Assembly: GCA_965203095.1 (NCBI GenBank)
Contig: OZ241877.1
Coordinates: 160,001-224,000, forward strand
Direction: 5' to 3'
Length of the DNA: 64,000 bases
From: Bdellovibrionales bacterium
GTDB lineage: Bacteria; Bdellovibrionota; Bdellovibrionia; Bdellovibrionales; UBA1609
Position numbers and translations under genes: made by a program. Within the stretch, counting starts at the first letter, position 1. Every line of letters begins with the position of its first letter. Under the pieces are notes generated by a model. That model was given only the letters and a program-made list of their open reading frames with translations. It was not told where the DNA came from and searched no databases. Shown one piece after another: positions 51,909 to 62,837 of this stretch.

Positions 51909-52700
51909 ATGGCTTTTTTTATTTTTTTTTCAATAAAGAGGTTTCTCCCCCTTTTTAACTTGAAATTTTTTTTTGTTTTCTTATTGGCTTTTTTTGCCAG
52001 CCCCTCTTTAGCTGTTAAAGTTCATTTTCCAAAAGATGAACTGGCTTCCGAGTCGGTTCTTCCCTTATTGGACAAATCGCAGATGGTTCTCAACCGGAAT
52101 GTGAGCTTGAAATGGAGTTTAGAGATAGGTGCTGGGGCCGGTTTTGGCATGGATGAACCTTATTACTTCCCCTATTATCCTTCTGGTTTTTTGGCCTTGC
52201 ATTGGACAGAGGTTCAGGCCATTAGCCTCACAGGGATTTATTTTATTTTTGATCTGTTTCAAACAGGGAAAAATCTATCTCCAACAGAGAGAAAGTTGTC
52301 TCAAGCAGGGAAAAAGCTTTATGAAGGGGTCGGAAAAAACCCTGATGAAATAAAAAAAATAGATTTTAGCAAAATTCCAAGTCCTCAATACAGTTTTTTT
52401 GTTAATTATCAATACACTCCCTTTTACGGGAAAATCAGTTTATCTAAAAGTTGGGTGATGAATCTCTCCATTTATGGTTTTGCCGGGCCGGGCCTTGTGA
52501 TCTCTAATAACAATGATCAATGGCCGGCAGGAAATGTGGGCATAGGTCAAAAGCTTTATTTTAATAAGTGGTTTGGACTAAGAGGAGATCTGTCTTTTTA
52601 TGGATATTATGGCCAAGTGGTGTCTAAAGAGGGAATGCCCGATGACCAAGGGACAGTCATCAATATTTTAGCCAACATAGGAGTTGTTTTTTTAATATGA
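51909..52700 (+). CDS. outer-membrane beta-barrel protein (GltA/GltB/GltH-like); start uncertain
   Basis: signal peptide, YQYTPFYGK, alternating beta strands, first gene of the Glt cluster. Confidence 0.75.
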   Translation: MAFFIFFSIKRFLPLFNLKFFFVFLLAFFASPSLAVKVHFPKDELASESVLPLLDKSQMVLNRNVSLKWSLEIGAGAGFGMDEPYYFPYYPSGFLALHWTEVQAISLTGIYFIFDLFQTGKNLSPTERKLSQAGKKLYEGVGKNPDEIKKIDFSKIPSPQYSFFVNYQYTPFYGKISLSKSWVMNLSIYGFAGPGLVISNNNDQWPAGNVGIGQKLYFNKWFGLRGDLSFYGYYGQVVSKEGMPDDQGTVINILANIGVVFLI

Positions 52701-53521
52701 TAAAACTTTTGTTAAAAAGGTTTAGCCTTTTAACTCTTCTTTTTCTGCATTGGCCTCTTTGGTCTCAAACTTCAAAAAGTTTGAAAAAGAGATCTGATCC
52801 TCATGGGCGAATCAAGCAACTTCAAATCAAAAATCTTTCTGATTTACAAAAGTTGACTCCTTATCAATCGGTTTCAGTAATTCAAAGGAGATATTTGCCT
52901 AAAACCTTTCGAAGTGAGGTCAATTTGTCCGTCTCCTCAGTGATCAATCACTCTTTTTTTTATTTTGCTGGTGCTTCTGCCAGGGCCGGATTTTTTATTC
53001 GGGAAGATCATGGTTTTGGTGTAGAGCTTTTTGTGTTTTCTCCTCCTTTTTTTAAAGGCTTGTCCGGGGATTTGACAGAAAAAGGTATTTTGCCTGTATC
53101 CTCCGCGTTTTCTCAACTCTATGGCGGAGTGTATTATAAATGGAGCCCTGTTTTTGGAAAGTTTGCTGTTTTAAACAGTCAAATTATTTATTTTGATATA
53201 TATATGACTGTCAGTTTAGGAATGGCTCGTATTTTGAGTGTTGAAGAAACTATCAAACAAAAATTAATTAGCTTGAATAAAAAAGCAGATGATATTGAGT
53301 TTGACAAATTAAGTAAAAATTTTTTTCCATCAGGAGCTTTAGGTTTAGGTCAAACTTTTGCCCTCAGTCAGGATTGGGCTTTAAATTGGGAAATAAAATG
53401 GATAGGTTCTTTATTTCAATATCAAAAACCCGGTTCTGATTCTCTTAGTTCTGGTCATTATTGGAATATTAACTTTTCTTTAGGTCTTAACTATTATTTT
53501 CCGGGAGCAGGTTATCGATGA
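52697..53521 (+). CDS. outer-membrane beta-barrel protein (GltA/GltB-like)
   Basis: VSVIQRRYLPKTFRSE, WSPVFGKFA...IIYFD, terminal GLNYYF. Confidence 0.8.
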   Translation: MIKLLLKRFSLLTLLFLHWPLWSQTSKSLKKRSDPHGRIKQLQIKNLSDLQKLTPYQSVSVIQRRYLPKTFRSEVNLSVSSVINHSFFYFAGASARAGFFIREDHGFGVELFVFSPPFFKGLSGDLTEKGILPVSSAFSQLYGGVYYKWSPVFGKFAVLNSQIIYFDIYMTVSLGMARILSVEETIKQKLISLNKKADDIEFDKLSKNFFPSGALGLGQTFALSQDWALNWEIKWIGSLFQYQKPGSDSLSSGHYWNINFSLGLNYYFPGAGYR

Positions 53522-55047
53522 TTAAAAAAGTTTTAGTTTTAAGCCTTTGCCTTTCCTTGAGCTTTGTGCCTTTGCCGGCTTTTTCAAAAAGGGTTTCTCC
53601 CAGGACCTATTTGAGAAAAGTCATAAATGTTATTGAAAGAGGGAACTTTCTCTTAGGATCACGGGAGCTTTACCGGTTGAGCCGAGGCTCAGCTTATAAA
53701 AGCAAAAGGCTAAAAATTAAATACACTTTAGGAATAGCTTTTTTAGAAATGAAGCTCTATCATTTGGCTTCTCTTCAGTTTGTCTATGTGATCAAAAAGG
53801 ATAAAAAGGGCAGTTATAAAGAAAAGTCTTTAGAAAAGCTGAGCCGGATCCTGGATTACTTTAGAGACGATCCTCTATTTTGCCCTCTCAGTTCTTATGT
53901 CAGAGAGAGCGAATTTCCCTCCCGCTCTCGTGACCAGTTGAATTTTTATTTTGGGAAGTGTGCTTATGCTCAAAAAAATTTTAAAAAAGCTCGCTATCAT
54001 TTTGCAAAGGTTCGGTCATCTTCTTCTATTTACAGCCAGGCCCTTTACTACATTGGCTTGGCTTATGCGGAGGAGAATAATGTCCGGCGCTCCGCCAGTA
54101 TTTTTAGGGATATGGCCTCTCTTCGTAAAGGGGTCACAGACACCCACCGTGTGGCCGCCCTCATGGGTCTGGCTCGTGTTTTGTATCAAGGGGGCCAGTT
54201 TCAAGATTCGATGAAGATTTATCTCTCCATCCCTAAGGACACCATCTATTTTCATTCCTCTCTTATGGAAAACAGCTGGAACTATTTGCGATCGGGTAAA
54301 TTTCGCTCGGCTCTTAGCAACTTCCAAAGCCTTCACTCTGTTTTTTATAAAGACCATTACCAGCCAGAATCTCTCATTTTAAGGGCTTATGTTTACCTGT
54401 ATATTTGTAAATACTATGAAATGGAAAAGGTGCTCAATCTCTTTAACGCTATTTATCTGCCTTTGCTTAAGAATGTGAATCGATCATTAAAGTGGGGGAA
54501 ATCTTATAGCTCTTATGTGAAACCAGCTTTAAACGCCCAGAGGAATAAAGAAAAAGGCTTGGAGCTTTCTGACGGGAGTGTGTTTCCTGAAGTGGTGATG
54601 AGCCGTGTGATGAAAAGTGCTAACTTTCGCTCCCTGGTGGATTACCTATCTAAACTCAAGGCGGAAAAGGCTCTGTTAGATAACTTCCCTGCTGAATGGC
54701 GAAGGGATCGTGTGGGGCGAAATGCAAATTATATTTTAAACCGCCGGATGGAATCCACAAAAAGGGCCGCGGGAAAGGAGATTCGAAACATTTTGCTTTC
54801 AGTTCAAAAGGAGTTGAAAGCTCTTTCCACTTCCGAACAGTTTTTGAGATATGATATGCTTAAGGGTAAGAGGGAATATTTGAAAAAGGCGATCAGCCGG
54901 AGGTATTTAGATAAAAAGCAAATTGACGAAAGAATCAGCCGGAGCTACTATATTCAAAATGGCTATGAATATTGGCCTTTTGATGGCGAGGCATGGTTAG
55001 ATGAATTGGGCAACTATCATTACTTAGGGAGACAAAGTTGTGAGTAA
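53518..55047 (+). CDS. TPR protein, GltC-like
   Basis: TPR helices; C-terminal YWPFDGEAWLDELGNY motif. Confidence 0.82.
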   Translation: MIKKVLVLSLCLSLSFVPLPAFSKRVSPRTYLRKVINVIERGNFLLGSRELYRLSRGSAYKSKRLKIKYTLGIAFLEMKLYHLASLQFVYVIKKDKKGSYKEKSLEKLSRILDYFRDDPLFCPLSSYVRESEFPSRSRDQLNFYFGKCAYAQKNFKKARYHFAKVRSSSSIYSQALYYIGLAYAEENNVRRSASIFRDMASLRKGVTDTHRVAALMGLARVLYQGGQFQDSMKIYLSIPKDTIYFHSSLMENSWNYLRSGKFRSALSNFQSLHSVFYKDHYQPESLILRAYVYLYICKYYEMEKVLNLFNAIYLPLLKNVNRSLKWGKSYSSYVKPALNAQRNKEKGLELSDGSVFPEVVMSRVMKSANFRSLVDYLSKLKAEKALLDNFPAEWRRDRVGRNANYILNRRMESTKRAAGKEIRNILLSVQKELKALSTSEQFLRYDMLKGKREYLKKAISRRYLDKKQIDERISRSYYIQNGYEYWPFDGEAWLDELGNYHYLGRQSCE

Positions 55048-58000
55048 AAAATATTGGCTTTTTTTGTTTTTCTGTTTGTGGGGGGGTGAGCTTAAGCCTT
55101 CTTTTTCAGAGGGCATAGACCTGCAAACTTCAGCTCCCGGTGAGAATAGCTCAGAGCTTAATGGAGAAAAGCAAATCCATCTTCTTCAAGAAACTGAGGA
55201 TAATAAGCAACTGGAGGGCGACAGGACCCCTTCTTCAAGGGCAATTAAAAAAACCACCATAAAAAGGGATCGAAGGTTTAAAATCCCCACCTCAAAAAAA
55301 CCGATCCGAAAGAAAAAACGAATGAGCCTCAGAAGTATTCAGCCACCTTCTACGGATAGGATTTATTACCAGGGAAATAGTGACGAAGCTGAATTAGAAA
55401 GAGTGATTAACGAGGAGATCCAGCAGTTATTCCGTCTGCTCAAAAAAAATAGAAGTGCCAATTTGACTTTGAGGTTAGGGAGTCTTTATGTGGAGAAGGC
55501 TCGTTTCATTTCCTTTAAAATTCAATTGGATCATGATCTCAAAATGGAGGCTTTTAAAGCCGGGCGACTCAAAACCAAACCTCGGCTCAACTTAAGGCCA
55601 GCTCAAGTTTATAATAAAAAATCTCTTAAACTGTTTGAAGACTTCCGGCAAAGCTACCCTCAGCACAAGCGAATGGATGAGGTTTTGTTTTTCTTAGGGT
55701 TTAACTTTTACCAGCTGGAAAATGAAGAGCGAGGCATCCAATATTTTTCTGAGTTAGAAAAGCTTTATCCTAAAAGCCTTTACCTTTACGAAGCCCGTTT
55801 CCAGCTTGGGGAGCATTACTTTCGTCTCAGGCAGTGGAAGCTCTCTTTTAATTATTATAGCAAAGTGGCTCGAAACAAAAGAGGCAAATTTTACTTTTTT
55901 GCACTCTATAAGATGGCTTGGTCATCTTATAAAATGGGTCAAACAGGGAAGGGGTTATCTCTTTTAGAAAAAATCATTAGGGAAGAGAGACAATTTAAAG
56001 CCCGATCTGATCGAGATGAGATATTCACTTTCAAAAATGAGGCCATTCAAGATTTGGTTTTATTTTACACCCATTCTAACCGATCGCCGGCGAGGGCTAA
56101 AACTTTTTTCCTCCAGCTAATAGGTGAGGATCAGGCTTGGCCTCTGTTAAAAAAACTGGCTCAAGCTTACCACGACATTGGCCACACCCAAGGGGTTTTT
56201 ATTTTGTTTGAAGAGTTGATTCAAAAAGATCCTTTAGGGGTTGAGGCTGTAAATTATAAATATCAAATTGTTGAAACCACCTATAATTTTGGGAAGACTT
56301 CTGAAATTGTCCGGCAAATTAGAGAATGGGTGAGGGGCTATGGGCCGGACAGTGCATGGTTTAAAACTCACAGAGATCGTGAGGATTTAATTAAGAAATC
56401 ACTTAATTTTCAAGAAGTAACAGTGAGTGGCTATGCTTTGAAAAATCACAACACCTTTAACAGGACCCAAAGCCCTAAGTCGAAAACATTGGCTCTCAGT
56501 ATTTATAAAATTTATTTTGATCACTTTAAAAGCTCTCCTTCTTCAGACAAAATGCATTACTTTTACGGAGATCTTCTTTTTGACGCTGGGAAATACAGCC
56601 GGGCCGCCCGTTCTTATGAAGAGGTGATTGCTCGATTCCCTAACAGTAAATACGCTAAACCGGCATTCACCAACCAGATACTGGCTTTAGAAAGGATTTT
56701 ACCCAAAGAAAAGCAAATACAGCTTTTGACAAAAAACAGCAAAAAGAGGGTGGAGTTTCCCAACTCTATTAAGGCTTTTGTTAAGGCCGCAGGGCGATAT
56801 GTTGTTCGTTGGCCAAAGGAGAAGAATGCCCCCTCTATCCTGTATAAAATATCAGCTTTGCATTACAAATTTCATCAGTTAACTATGGCGGCTAAGTTGT
56901 TTAAAAAGCTCTCTAATGAATATCCAAAATCTAAATTAGCGGGAGATGTTAATGGGATTTTATTAGATATTTATAATAAAAATAAAGACTATAAATCTTT
57001 AGAAGAGCTGGCCCGCAAGTTGGCCCAAAACAAAAACGCCAATAGAGAGTTGTTAAAAGAGGCTCAATCCATTTTAGAGCAGATCTCTTTTAAAAAAGCT
57101 CAAGACTTGGCTTTAATTAAAAAATATGAGGAAAGTGCTCGCCTTTATGAAAAGTTTGCCCGCACTTACCCCGGTTCTACTTTAACCAACACGGCTTTTT
57201 ATAATGCCGGTTTGAATTTTGAAAAAGGTGGAGATAGTTTGAAGGCTTTGTCCATGTATTCTGCTGTTTTATCAGACAGGAGCCGGAGAAGTGCTAAAAT
57301 CCGGAGAAAATCTCAAGAATTTTTAGCTGTTTTATCCGAGAAGTTGGCTTTTTATAGGAAGTCAGCTAAGGCTTATGTCTCTTTCGCTAAGAGTTATCCT
57401 TCAAGTTCTAAATCTTCTGATTTTTGGTATAACGCCGGAGTCATTTTTGACGGATTAAATGACAAGGCGAGTGCGGTTTACGCCTACAAACAGTATTTGT
57501 CTTTGAGCCGGAAGTCCGATCGCTATGAAGTTCTTTTTCTGATGGCTTTGATGTTTGAAAAAAGTCGCCGGTGGAATCAAGCCATAGAGTATTACCAATC
57601 TTATCTTAAAAGCCCTTCATCTAATAAACTCCGTTTAGTAAGGGCCAGTTTTGCTGTGGCGGATATTTATGAGAGAAGATTGAGGAATCCTACACAGGCT
57701 AAAGTCTGGCATGAAAAAACTTTATCTCTTTATAAAAGGTTGAGGGTAGGGGTGTCTTACGGGGCCCGATCTCACTTTTACATAGCTCAAAAATTTTACG
57801 ACCGCTTTGCTCAGGTGAGAGTGCCTGCCGATCCTAAAAAACAGTCTTTAGCTGTGGCAAAAAAACTGAAATTGCTGACCCGTTTAGAAAAGGCTTTTCA
57901 GCCCATTATCCGATATGATGATGGAGAGCAGATCATTTCGGCTTTGAGTTTGATAGGCCAGGCCAATCAAGAAATGGCTCAGGCCATTTACAAGGCCCCT

Positions 58001-59086
58001 ATTCCCAAAGGTTTAGATAAAAAGGGGCAGGCTCAATACAGGGAGGGAATTAAAAAGTTGGTAGATCCTTATATCAAAAAAGCCATTAAGCATTACCAGC
58101 TGTCTTTAAAAAAATCCGCTGAATTGCAGATTTACAGCAAAAGGTTGGGGAAGGCCTATAGCGGTTTGGCCAGTATTCAGCTGTCGGGGGGGAGCTTTCA
58201 ACAATTTCTTCCAAGCCCTCCCGCTCCAGAGATTTTATCTCTTCAACTTTTAGACAATGCCGGCACTGTGGAAAGGGGCTTTATTCAAAACTTGGAAACA
58301 TCTTTAAAGTATGGCTTGTCCCGATCGGATTTTGAAAATCTCTCTCAGGCTATAGCTCAAAAAAGAGAGGATCAGGTTTTAAAAGCGGTTTCCGGTATTT
58401 TAAATAAAGATTCCCGTAATGTGTTAGCCATAAACTCTTTAGCTTTCTTTTATTTGAGAAACAACCGTTGGGGCCTTGGCACTTTGGTTTTGAACCGTGT
58501 CGCCTCTAAAAAATCAAAAGCCCCTGTGATTATGAATAATTTGGCTATTGTCTCCCTAAAGTATGGACATGTTCGCGAGGCCGTCAATTATTTAAAAAAA
58601 GCTTTGGCTGTGTCTCAAGTTCAGCCTATAGCCCATGCAAACTTGGCCAATATTTTTTTACAGCAAAATGATTATAGGAATGCTTATATTCATTATAGGT
58701 CGGCTCATAAGCTTTTGATGAGGAAATGGCCCGCACAAGATCAAAGGCGAACGGCTTTTTTAAATAACTACGGAGTGGCTTTAACATGGGCTAAAAAATG
58801 GAGCACTGGCGAGCTTGTTTTTTCAAAACTGATGTCCTCTCCTTCTCCTTTGCCTGAAGTTTTATTTAATTATGCAGTTTTTTTAACCGAAAAAAGCAAA
58901 AGAGAGGATAGAGATTCCTCTAAGAAAAGCCTTTTACGGGCTAAAAGCTTGGTGGAAGAACTGCTTATGTCCTCCACCTCCAGCCAAAGGTTAAAAGGCA
59001 AGGCCAAAACGGTTTTAAAGTTGGTGAGTCAGAGGCTTAAACAGATCAAGACTCAATTAAAAACTCAACAAGGGAGGGAAAAATGA
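55040..59086 (+). CDS. large TPR protein, GltD(AgmU)-like with GltE(AglT)-like C-terminal region
   Basis: 1348 aa of TPRs (DEVLFFLGF, FALYKMAW, YNAG...); operon position. Confidence 0.8.
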   Translation: MSKKYWLFLFFCLWGGELKPSFSEGIDLQTSAPGENSSELNGEKQIHLLQETEDNKQLEGDRTPSSRAIKKTTIKRDRRFKIPTSKKPIRKKKRMSLRSIQPPSTDRIYYQGNSDEAELERVINEEIQQLFRLLKKNRSANLTLRLGSLYVEKARFISFKIQLDHDLKMEAFKAGRLKTKPRLNLRPAQVYNKKSLKLFEDFRQSYPQHKRMDEVLFFLGFNFYQLENEERGIQYFSELEKLYPKSLYLYEARFQLGEHYFRLRQWKLSFNYYSKVARNKRGKFYFFALYKMAWSSYKMGQTGKGLSLLEKIIREERQFKARSDRDEIFTFKNEAIQDLVLFYTHSNRSPARAKTFFLQLIGEDQAWPLLKKLAQAYHDIGHTQGVFILFEELIQKDPLGVEAVNYKYQIVETTYNFGKTSEIVRQIREWVRGYGPDSAWFKTHRDREDLIKKSLNFQEVTVSGYALKNHNTFNRTQSPKSKTLALSIYKIYFDHFKSSPSSDKMHYFYGDLLFDAGKYSRAARSYEEVIARFPNSKYAKPAFTNQILALERILPKEKQIQLLTKNSKKRVEFPNSIKAFVKAAGRYVVRWPKEKNAPSILYKISALHYKFHQLTMAAKLFKKLSNEYPKSKLAGDVNGILLDIYNKNKDYKSLEELARKLAQNKNANRELLKEAQSILEQISFKKAQDLALIKKYEESARLYEKFARTYPGSTLTNTAFYNAGLNFEKGGDSLKALSMYSAVLSDRSRRSAKIRRKSQEFLAVLSEKLAFYRKSAKAYVSFAKSYPSSSKSSDFWYNAGVIFDGLNDKASAVYAYKQYLSLSRKSDRYEVLFLMALMFEKSRRWNQAIEYYQSYLKSPSSNKLRLVRASFAVADIYERRLRNPTQAKVWHEKTLSLYKRLRVGVSYGARSHFYIAQKFYDRFAQVRVPADPKKQSLAVAKKLKLLTRLEKAFQPIIRYDDGEQIISALSLIGQANQEMAQAIYKAPIPKGLDKKGQAQYREGIKKLVDPYIKKAIKHYQLSLKKSAELQIYSKRLGKAYSGLASIQLSGGSFQQFLPSPPAPEILSLQLLDNAGTVERGFIQNLETSLKYGLSRSDFENLSQAIAQKREDQVLKAVSGILNKDSRNVLAINSLAFFYLRNNRWGLGTLVLNRVASKKSKAPVIMNNLAIVSLKYGHVREAVNYLKKALAVSQVQPIAHANLANIFLQQNDYRNAYIHYRSAHKLLMRKWPAQDQRRTAFLNNYGVALTWAKKWSTGELVFSKLMSSPSPLPEVLFNYAVFLTEKSKREDRDSSKKSLLRAKSLVEELLMSSTSSQRLKGKAKTVLKLVSQRLKQIKTQLKTQQGREK

Positions 59087-59331
59087 AAATAGCTATTTGT
59101 GCACTTTTCATATTTTTTGCAATGCCGGGTTTTTCTGCAAAAAAAAGACCAGGCAAAAAACCCAGAGTGGTTGAGGTGAACTTTGATGATGAGCTTTTGA
59201 TTAAAGGAAAACTTTTAGGCCCCAGCCTATTCACACTGTATCAAAAAAGGGATGTGGAGTTTGGAAAGCTCATTAAACCCAGGAAAAACTTTTTGCCGGA
59301 AATGAGAGCCACTGTAGGAGATATTGAATAA
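59083..59331 (+). CDS. small exported protein, GltF(AgmV)-like
   Basis: signal peptide, VNFDDELLIKG, FGKLIKPRKNFLPEM. Confidence 0.75.
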   Translation: MKIAICALFIFFAMPGFSAKKRPGKKPRVVEVNFDDELLIKGKLLGPSLFTLYQKRDVEFGKLIKPRKNFLPEMRATVGDIE

Positions 59332-59360
59332 CTATTCCAGTAGGGGATAGAGGAGGATTA

Positions 59361-61427
59361 TTGTCTTATTTATCGCTAAAAATTTTTAAACAGGGCCAAC
59401 TCCTGAAAACAAAAATTTTCACTGATGATCAGATCAGTATAGGGAGTAGTGAGGGTTTGAGCCTTCAGCTTGAAGGGATATCTCCTTGGCATGCTCTTAT
59501 AGAGAAAAAGCATGATATATTTTGTGTTTTGGATCTCCATTCAGAAACAGGGACTTGGTTGGCTGGCCAAAAAATCACAGAGGAAAGCCCTATCTCCTCT
59601 GGTGCTATGATAGGTATAGGCCCTTATGAAATTCAGTTTTTTATAGGCCCTCCGGTGGAAAAAAGCCCTCCTCCTGTTTCAGAAAAAAAGCCTTTAGAGG
59701 AAAAAGCTATTCCTCCAGAAAAGCCAGTGCCCTCTCCCCCGGATCTTCAAAAAACCGAAAAGCCAGCACAGGCTTTAAAAGAGGAGATTCCTAAAACTCC
59801 AACTGTTGAGGAAAAGCCTCCCTTATCCGCAGAAAAGGCACAGGCAAAAGCTCCTTTTTTTGACTCCTCTCAGGCTTTTCCTCCAAAAGAGAGGCCAACA
59901 AAGCCTTCGGGAAAAGGCTTTTGGAACTCCTATGCTCCACAAAGTGCTATTTCCAATTTAGACGAATTTATTACCCCCTCTATAGGCAACTTAATTGAGG
60001 TGACAGTGTGTTGGAAAGAGCGAATATTATCCTCCCACCACTTTTTTAAAAGTGGGGATATTTTTATGGGGCTTAAAAAAACCTGTCAGGTGAAATTTCC
60101 CAATATGATAAGTTCAGCCCCCTATAAACTGTTGAGCATTGCCTCTGGTGCAAAAATTTATTTGAGCCAAGGTGTCCGGGGGCTTCTCATTCAAGGGAAG
60201 AATAAATCCACCAGAACCTTTCACGAGTTGAAAGGCAATCAGACAGTGATTTTAAAGCCTTATGAAATGGTCAAATTAGAGTTCAACTCCTTTTTAAAAG
60301 TTTATGTCCGACTCATGGACAAATCTGCTAAACCTCCTTTGGCCGGGCTTTTGAATTTAAGGCTATCAGAGGCTATGGCTTTATTTTTGGCATTTCTGCT
60401 CACGGGTTTTTTGGTTTTTTACGGTGGCCTATACGCTCCTGCTTTTTTGAAAAAGGATACAGAATTTATTGAAAAAGATGTCCGAGTGGCTAAAGTGGTT
60501 TTTAAAAAAGCTCCTCAGCCTAAGGTTGTAAAATATGATTTGGCTGAGAAAACCAAAAAGGCCAGTAGTATTCAAAAAAAGAAACCTAAAGTCACAAAAA
60601 AGAAAGCTCAAATCAAAACGGTGAAAAGACCCAAAAAAAAGAGAAATCCAAAAAAACCGATAGCCACTCCCCGAAAGGGCAAACAAGGGAAAATGGCCGC
60701 ACAGGCTCCGGGCAAAAATCCTAAAAAGAAAAAAGTCACTGTGGGATCTGTTCGGCCAGGTGGTTCTTTAAAAACAGGAAAAAAAGGTTCTTCAGCTAAA
60801 ACTGTAGCACCAGACCCCAGCAAAGTGGGTTTGCTTGGCACTTTTGGTGGCGGAGGGAAACTGGCAAAATTAGACAAGGGAGCCAGTGGCAGTGGAGGGC
60901 TTTTGGGTTTAGCAGAACAGTCTACAGGTTATGCTGGAACCAAGGAATCTTATGGAGGGGAGGGTATCGGGACTAAGACAAAAGATTTAGGCTCAGGAGG
61001 GCGAGGGAGTTCTTTAGTGGGAATCAGCGGGATCAAGACTAAAGGTAAGGGTTTGGGCCGAGTGGGTTCTGGAGTAGGGGGCTTAGGTAAAAGGGGGCGG
61101 ATGAATATTGAATTTGGATCGGAGGATATTGATGTGACTGGTGAAATTGATAGAGAGGCGATCCGTCAAGTCCTTTTCAGGAACAGGATTAAATTTGATA
61201 GATGTTATAATATGAGTCTTAACCAAAAGTCCACTCAAGGGACTATGACCATGCAATGGCTGATCTCCTCTTCAGGAAGGGGGAGATCTGCAAAAGCGAT
61301 CAATAACAAATTAGGTAGTAAATCTTTAGCCAACTGTGTGTCTGGGGTTTTGGAGCGATTGAATTTCCCCCAACCTCCTGCTGGACAGTTGCCTAAAGTC
61401 ACATTCACTTTTAATTTTGCCTTATAG
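59361..61427 (+). CDS. FHA-domain / TonB-like C-terminal protein, GltG(PglI)/AgmX-like
   Basis: FHA, Pro-rich linker, TM helix, Lys/Gly-rich region, IDREAIRQV...RCY...ANCV...FPQP. Confidence 0.83.
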   Translation: MSYLSLKIFKQGQLLKTKIFTDDQISIGSSEGLSLQLEGISPWHALIEKKHDIFCVLDLHSETGTWLAGQKITEESPISSGAMIGIGPYEIQFFIGPPVEKSPPPVSEKKPLEEKAIPPEKPVPSPPDLQKTEKPAQALKEEIPKTPTVEEKPPLSAEKAQAKAPFFDSSQAFPPKERPTKPSGKGFWNSYAPQSAISNLDEFITPSIGNLIEVTVCWKERILSSHHFFKSGDIFMGLKKTCQVKFPNMISSAPYKLLSIASGAKIYLSQGVRGLLIQGKNKSTRTFHELKGNQTVILKPYEMVKLEFNSFLKVYVRLMDKSAKPPLAGLLNLRLSEAMALFLAFLLTGFLVFYGGLYAPAFLKKDTEFIEKDVRVAKVVFKKAPQPKVVKYDLAEKTKKASSIQKKKPKVTKKKAQIKTVKRPKKKRNPKKPIATPRKGKQGKMAAQAPGKNPKKKKVTVGSVRPGGSLKTGKKGSSAKTVAPDPSKVGLLGTFGGGGKLAKLDKGASGSGGLLGLAEQSTGYAGTKESYGGEGIGTKTKDLGSGGRGSSLVGISGIKTKGKGLGRVGSGVGGLGKRGRMNIEFGSEDIDVTGEIDREAIRQVLFRNRIKFDRCYNMSLNQKSTQGTMTMQWLISSSGRGRSAKAINNKLGSKSLANCVSGVLERLNFPQPPAGQLPKVTFTFNFAL

Positions 61428-61617
61428 TGGAGGTTTTTTTGAGAAAAGGAAAGGATAGATCATAAAAGGATTCAGGACATAAGTTAAAGAACTTAAAAAA
61501 TGTTTGCTTTAGAGAGGGCTTAGTGAAAAGATATAAAATTAGGAGGAAGTTTGAAAAGGTTTTTAATTTTTTCTTTTCAATTTTTGACAACAAACAACTC
61601 TTAAAAGGAGGTGCTCA

Positions 61618-62310
61618 ATGGATGCAGAAACAGTGGAAATGATGCACAAATGTGAGGCGGTGACGGGTTTGGCCAAGCCTTTTTGCGAAGGGGGCTTGGT
61701 AATGTATCTCATTGCTCTTGTGGGTTGTGCTACCCTCATGCTCATTTTAGAGAGAGCTTTAAGCTTAAAAAAAATGAGTATAAACAAAGACGCTTTGAGT
61801 GAAAACCTGTTTGGGATTATTTTGCGGGGGGATATTCAGCAAGCTATAGCTTACTGTGATAGTAAACCCGCACCTATTACCAACACCTTAAAGGCCGGCT
61901 TGGTTCAAGTTTTAAACAAAAGGCCAGATGAGGAGGTCCAGGTCGCTATGGACGCCTCTGTTTTGAGGGAGACCCCTAAAATTGAGGGTTGGACTTCTTT
62001 CTTAGCGGTTTTTGGTAATGTGAGTGTGTTAGTTGGCCTTTTGGGCACAATTATTGGGCTGATCAAATCCTTCAGCGGTGTGAGTGAAGCGGATGCGGCT
62101 ACTAAGGCGGCTATGCTTTCTAAGGGGATTTCAGAGGCTTTAAACTGCACGGCCTTTGGCCTGCTGGTGGCCATTATAGCCATTTTTGGATATGCGATCT
62201 TTCAAACTTTGATTGGAAGAGCACTTACAGAGATGACGGAAAGCTCTATGAACCTTATGAATGTAGTTGTTTCTAATAGAGAAAAAATTGAATCCAAAAT
62301 GGGGCAATAA
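61618..62310 (+). CDS. MotA/TolQ/ExbB proton channel, AglR-like
   Basis: VGLLGTIIGLIKSF, GISEALNCTAFGL. Confidence 0.92.
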   Translation: MDAETVEMMHKCEAVTGLAKPFCEGGLVMYLIALVGCATLMLILERALSLKKMSINKDALSENLFGIILRGDIQQAIAYCDSKPAPITNTLKAGLVQVLNKRPDEEVQVAMDASVLRETPKIEGWTSFLAVFGNVSVLVGLLGTIIGLIKSFSGVSEADAATKAAMLSKGISEALNCTAFGLLVAIIAIFGYAIFQTLIGRALTEMTESSMNLMNVVVSNREKIESKMGQ

Positions 62311-62356
62311 TGAAATGCTGTTGTTCTCATTATAAAAAGATCTTGAAGGAGGAGAT

Positions 62357-62836
62357 ATGGCTCATGTAGAGGAAATGGGAGGACAGGGAGGGAGAAAATC
62401 CAATGTGGATCTCAACCTGGTCCCTTTTATTGATTTGATGAGTGTATGCATTATCTTTTTGCTGATCACTGCGGTTTGGACTCAGGTTTCCATGATTCAG
62501 TTAGGGACTTCTATTTACTCTAAAAAAACTTCGGAAGAGCCTATCACTCCGCCAGCTTTTTCCGAAGTGATTTTAAGGGTGGATGTTTTGCCAGATGGTT
62601 TTCGTATATTGTTAGGGAAGGACTTAACTCCCATTCCCAAACTTCCTACCGGTGGATATGACAAAGATCGTTTAGTGGCACTGTTAAAAAAAGCTAAAGA
62701 GCAGTATCCGGACAAAGTGGACGGGGTGGCTTCTGTGAGGGATAATGTGTATTACAAACATTTGATCTCTGCTATGGATGCTCTTTTGATAGCGGGTTTT
62801 CCTCAAGTGTCCATTACCACAACGGGGGTAGAGTGA
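62357..62836 (+). CDS. ExbD/TolR family protein (AglQ/AglS-like)
   Basis: LNLVPFIDLMSVCIIFLLIT. Confidence 0.9.
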   Translation: MAHVEEMGGQGGRKSNVDLNLVPFIDLMSVCIIFLLITAVWTQVSMIQLGTSIYSKKTSEEPITPPAFSEVILRVDVLPDGFRILLGKDLTPIPKLPTGGYDKDRLVALLKKAKEQYPDKVDGVASVRDNVYYKHLISAMDALLIAGFPQVSITTTGVE

Positions 62837-62837
62837 T

